A DNA stretch of 46,578 bases, from NCBI GenBank assembly GCA_038238515.1, contig JBBRXQ010000001.1:1-46578 (forward strand). The letters run 5' to 3'. Shown one piece after another: positions 46,354 through 46,578 of this stretch. The notes under the pieces were generated by a model. That model ran no database searches and was not told the DNA's origin. It saw only the letters and a list, made by a program, of their open reading frames with translations. This DNA comes from Sphingomonadales bacterium. Its GTDB lineage: Bacteria > Pseudomonadota > Alphaproteobacteria > Sphingomonadales > Sphingomonadaceae. Made by a program: the position numbers and the translations under genes. Position 1 is the first letter of the stretch. Each line of letters opens with the position of its first letter.

Positions 46354-46578
46354 ATGGCAACTGACGCTGCACAATTGGATCTGGGTCTTCACCCCGTCGC
46401 CGCCCCCGAGCCGCCGAAGGTTGCAAGGGCAAGGACATTTGCCGGGCTTAGTCTCGTTCAGGCTCTACTGGGCGCGCTGCTGCTGCTCGCCGCGATTTGG
46501 GCGATGTGGACGACGCGCGAGGTGCTTGCGCTGCGCCAACACAAAGTCGTCTCGGTGCGGCTTGGCGAGCTCGTCAAC
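46354..46578 (+). CDS. trbI: TrbI F-type protein (partial, runs off the window)
   Basis: MATDAAQ...TM...IWAMWTTREV...VVSVRLGELV; AAGGA RBS; position after traC. Confidence 0.7.
   Translation, partial: MATDAAQLDLGLHPVAAPEPPKVARARTFAGLSLVQALLGALLLLAAIWAMWTTREVLALRQHKVVSVRLGELVN

Noticed and set aside
1-46578. tRNA, rRNA, retron/RT or relaxase/oriT
   Set aside because: None recognisable by eye; the relaxase and coupling protein probably lie outside the window

Overview
Segment of a large conjugative plasmid from a high-GC alphaproteobacterium; the gene set is typical of sphingomonads (inferred). Left to right it contains five blocks. (1) A co-oriented minus-strand leading-region-like backbone: ssb with a long upstream stem-loop, DUF736, DUF3768, DUF6927, ArdC, a long ParB-like protein, a strawberry-notch helicase/methylase and a Toprim protein. 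It is punctuated by toxin-antitoxin modules (RES-Xre, Phd-VapC, HipBA, a HipA remnant) and one gene with an alphaproteobacterial LexA box. (2) A ~12.4 kb accessory stress/efflux block: CPBP protease, MFS, cupin, porin, DUF2306, three LysR regulators, GST, cytochrome P460, an eroded FMN reductase, DUF1348, PNPOx-like protein and AhpD/CMD. It is bracketed by a 125-bp direct repeat of the ParB-like gene start and has no transposase. (3) An iteron replicon: five 15-bp iterons, DUF1643, repA, parB, parA and two parS-like palindromes. (4) Two divergent putative regulators. (5) The start of an F-type T4SS operon (traALEKB-dsbC-traVC-orf-trbI). The main non-coding signals are the flanking direct repeat, a recurrent purine-rich leader motif ahead of backbone genes, degenerate ~28-30 bp motifs at module junctions and the SOS-boxed orphan gene. 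All family calls were made by recognising motifs by eye, not by database search.
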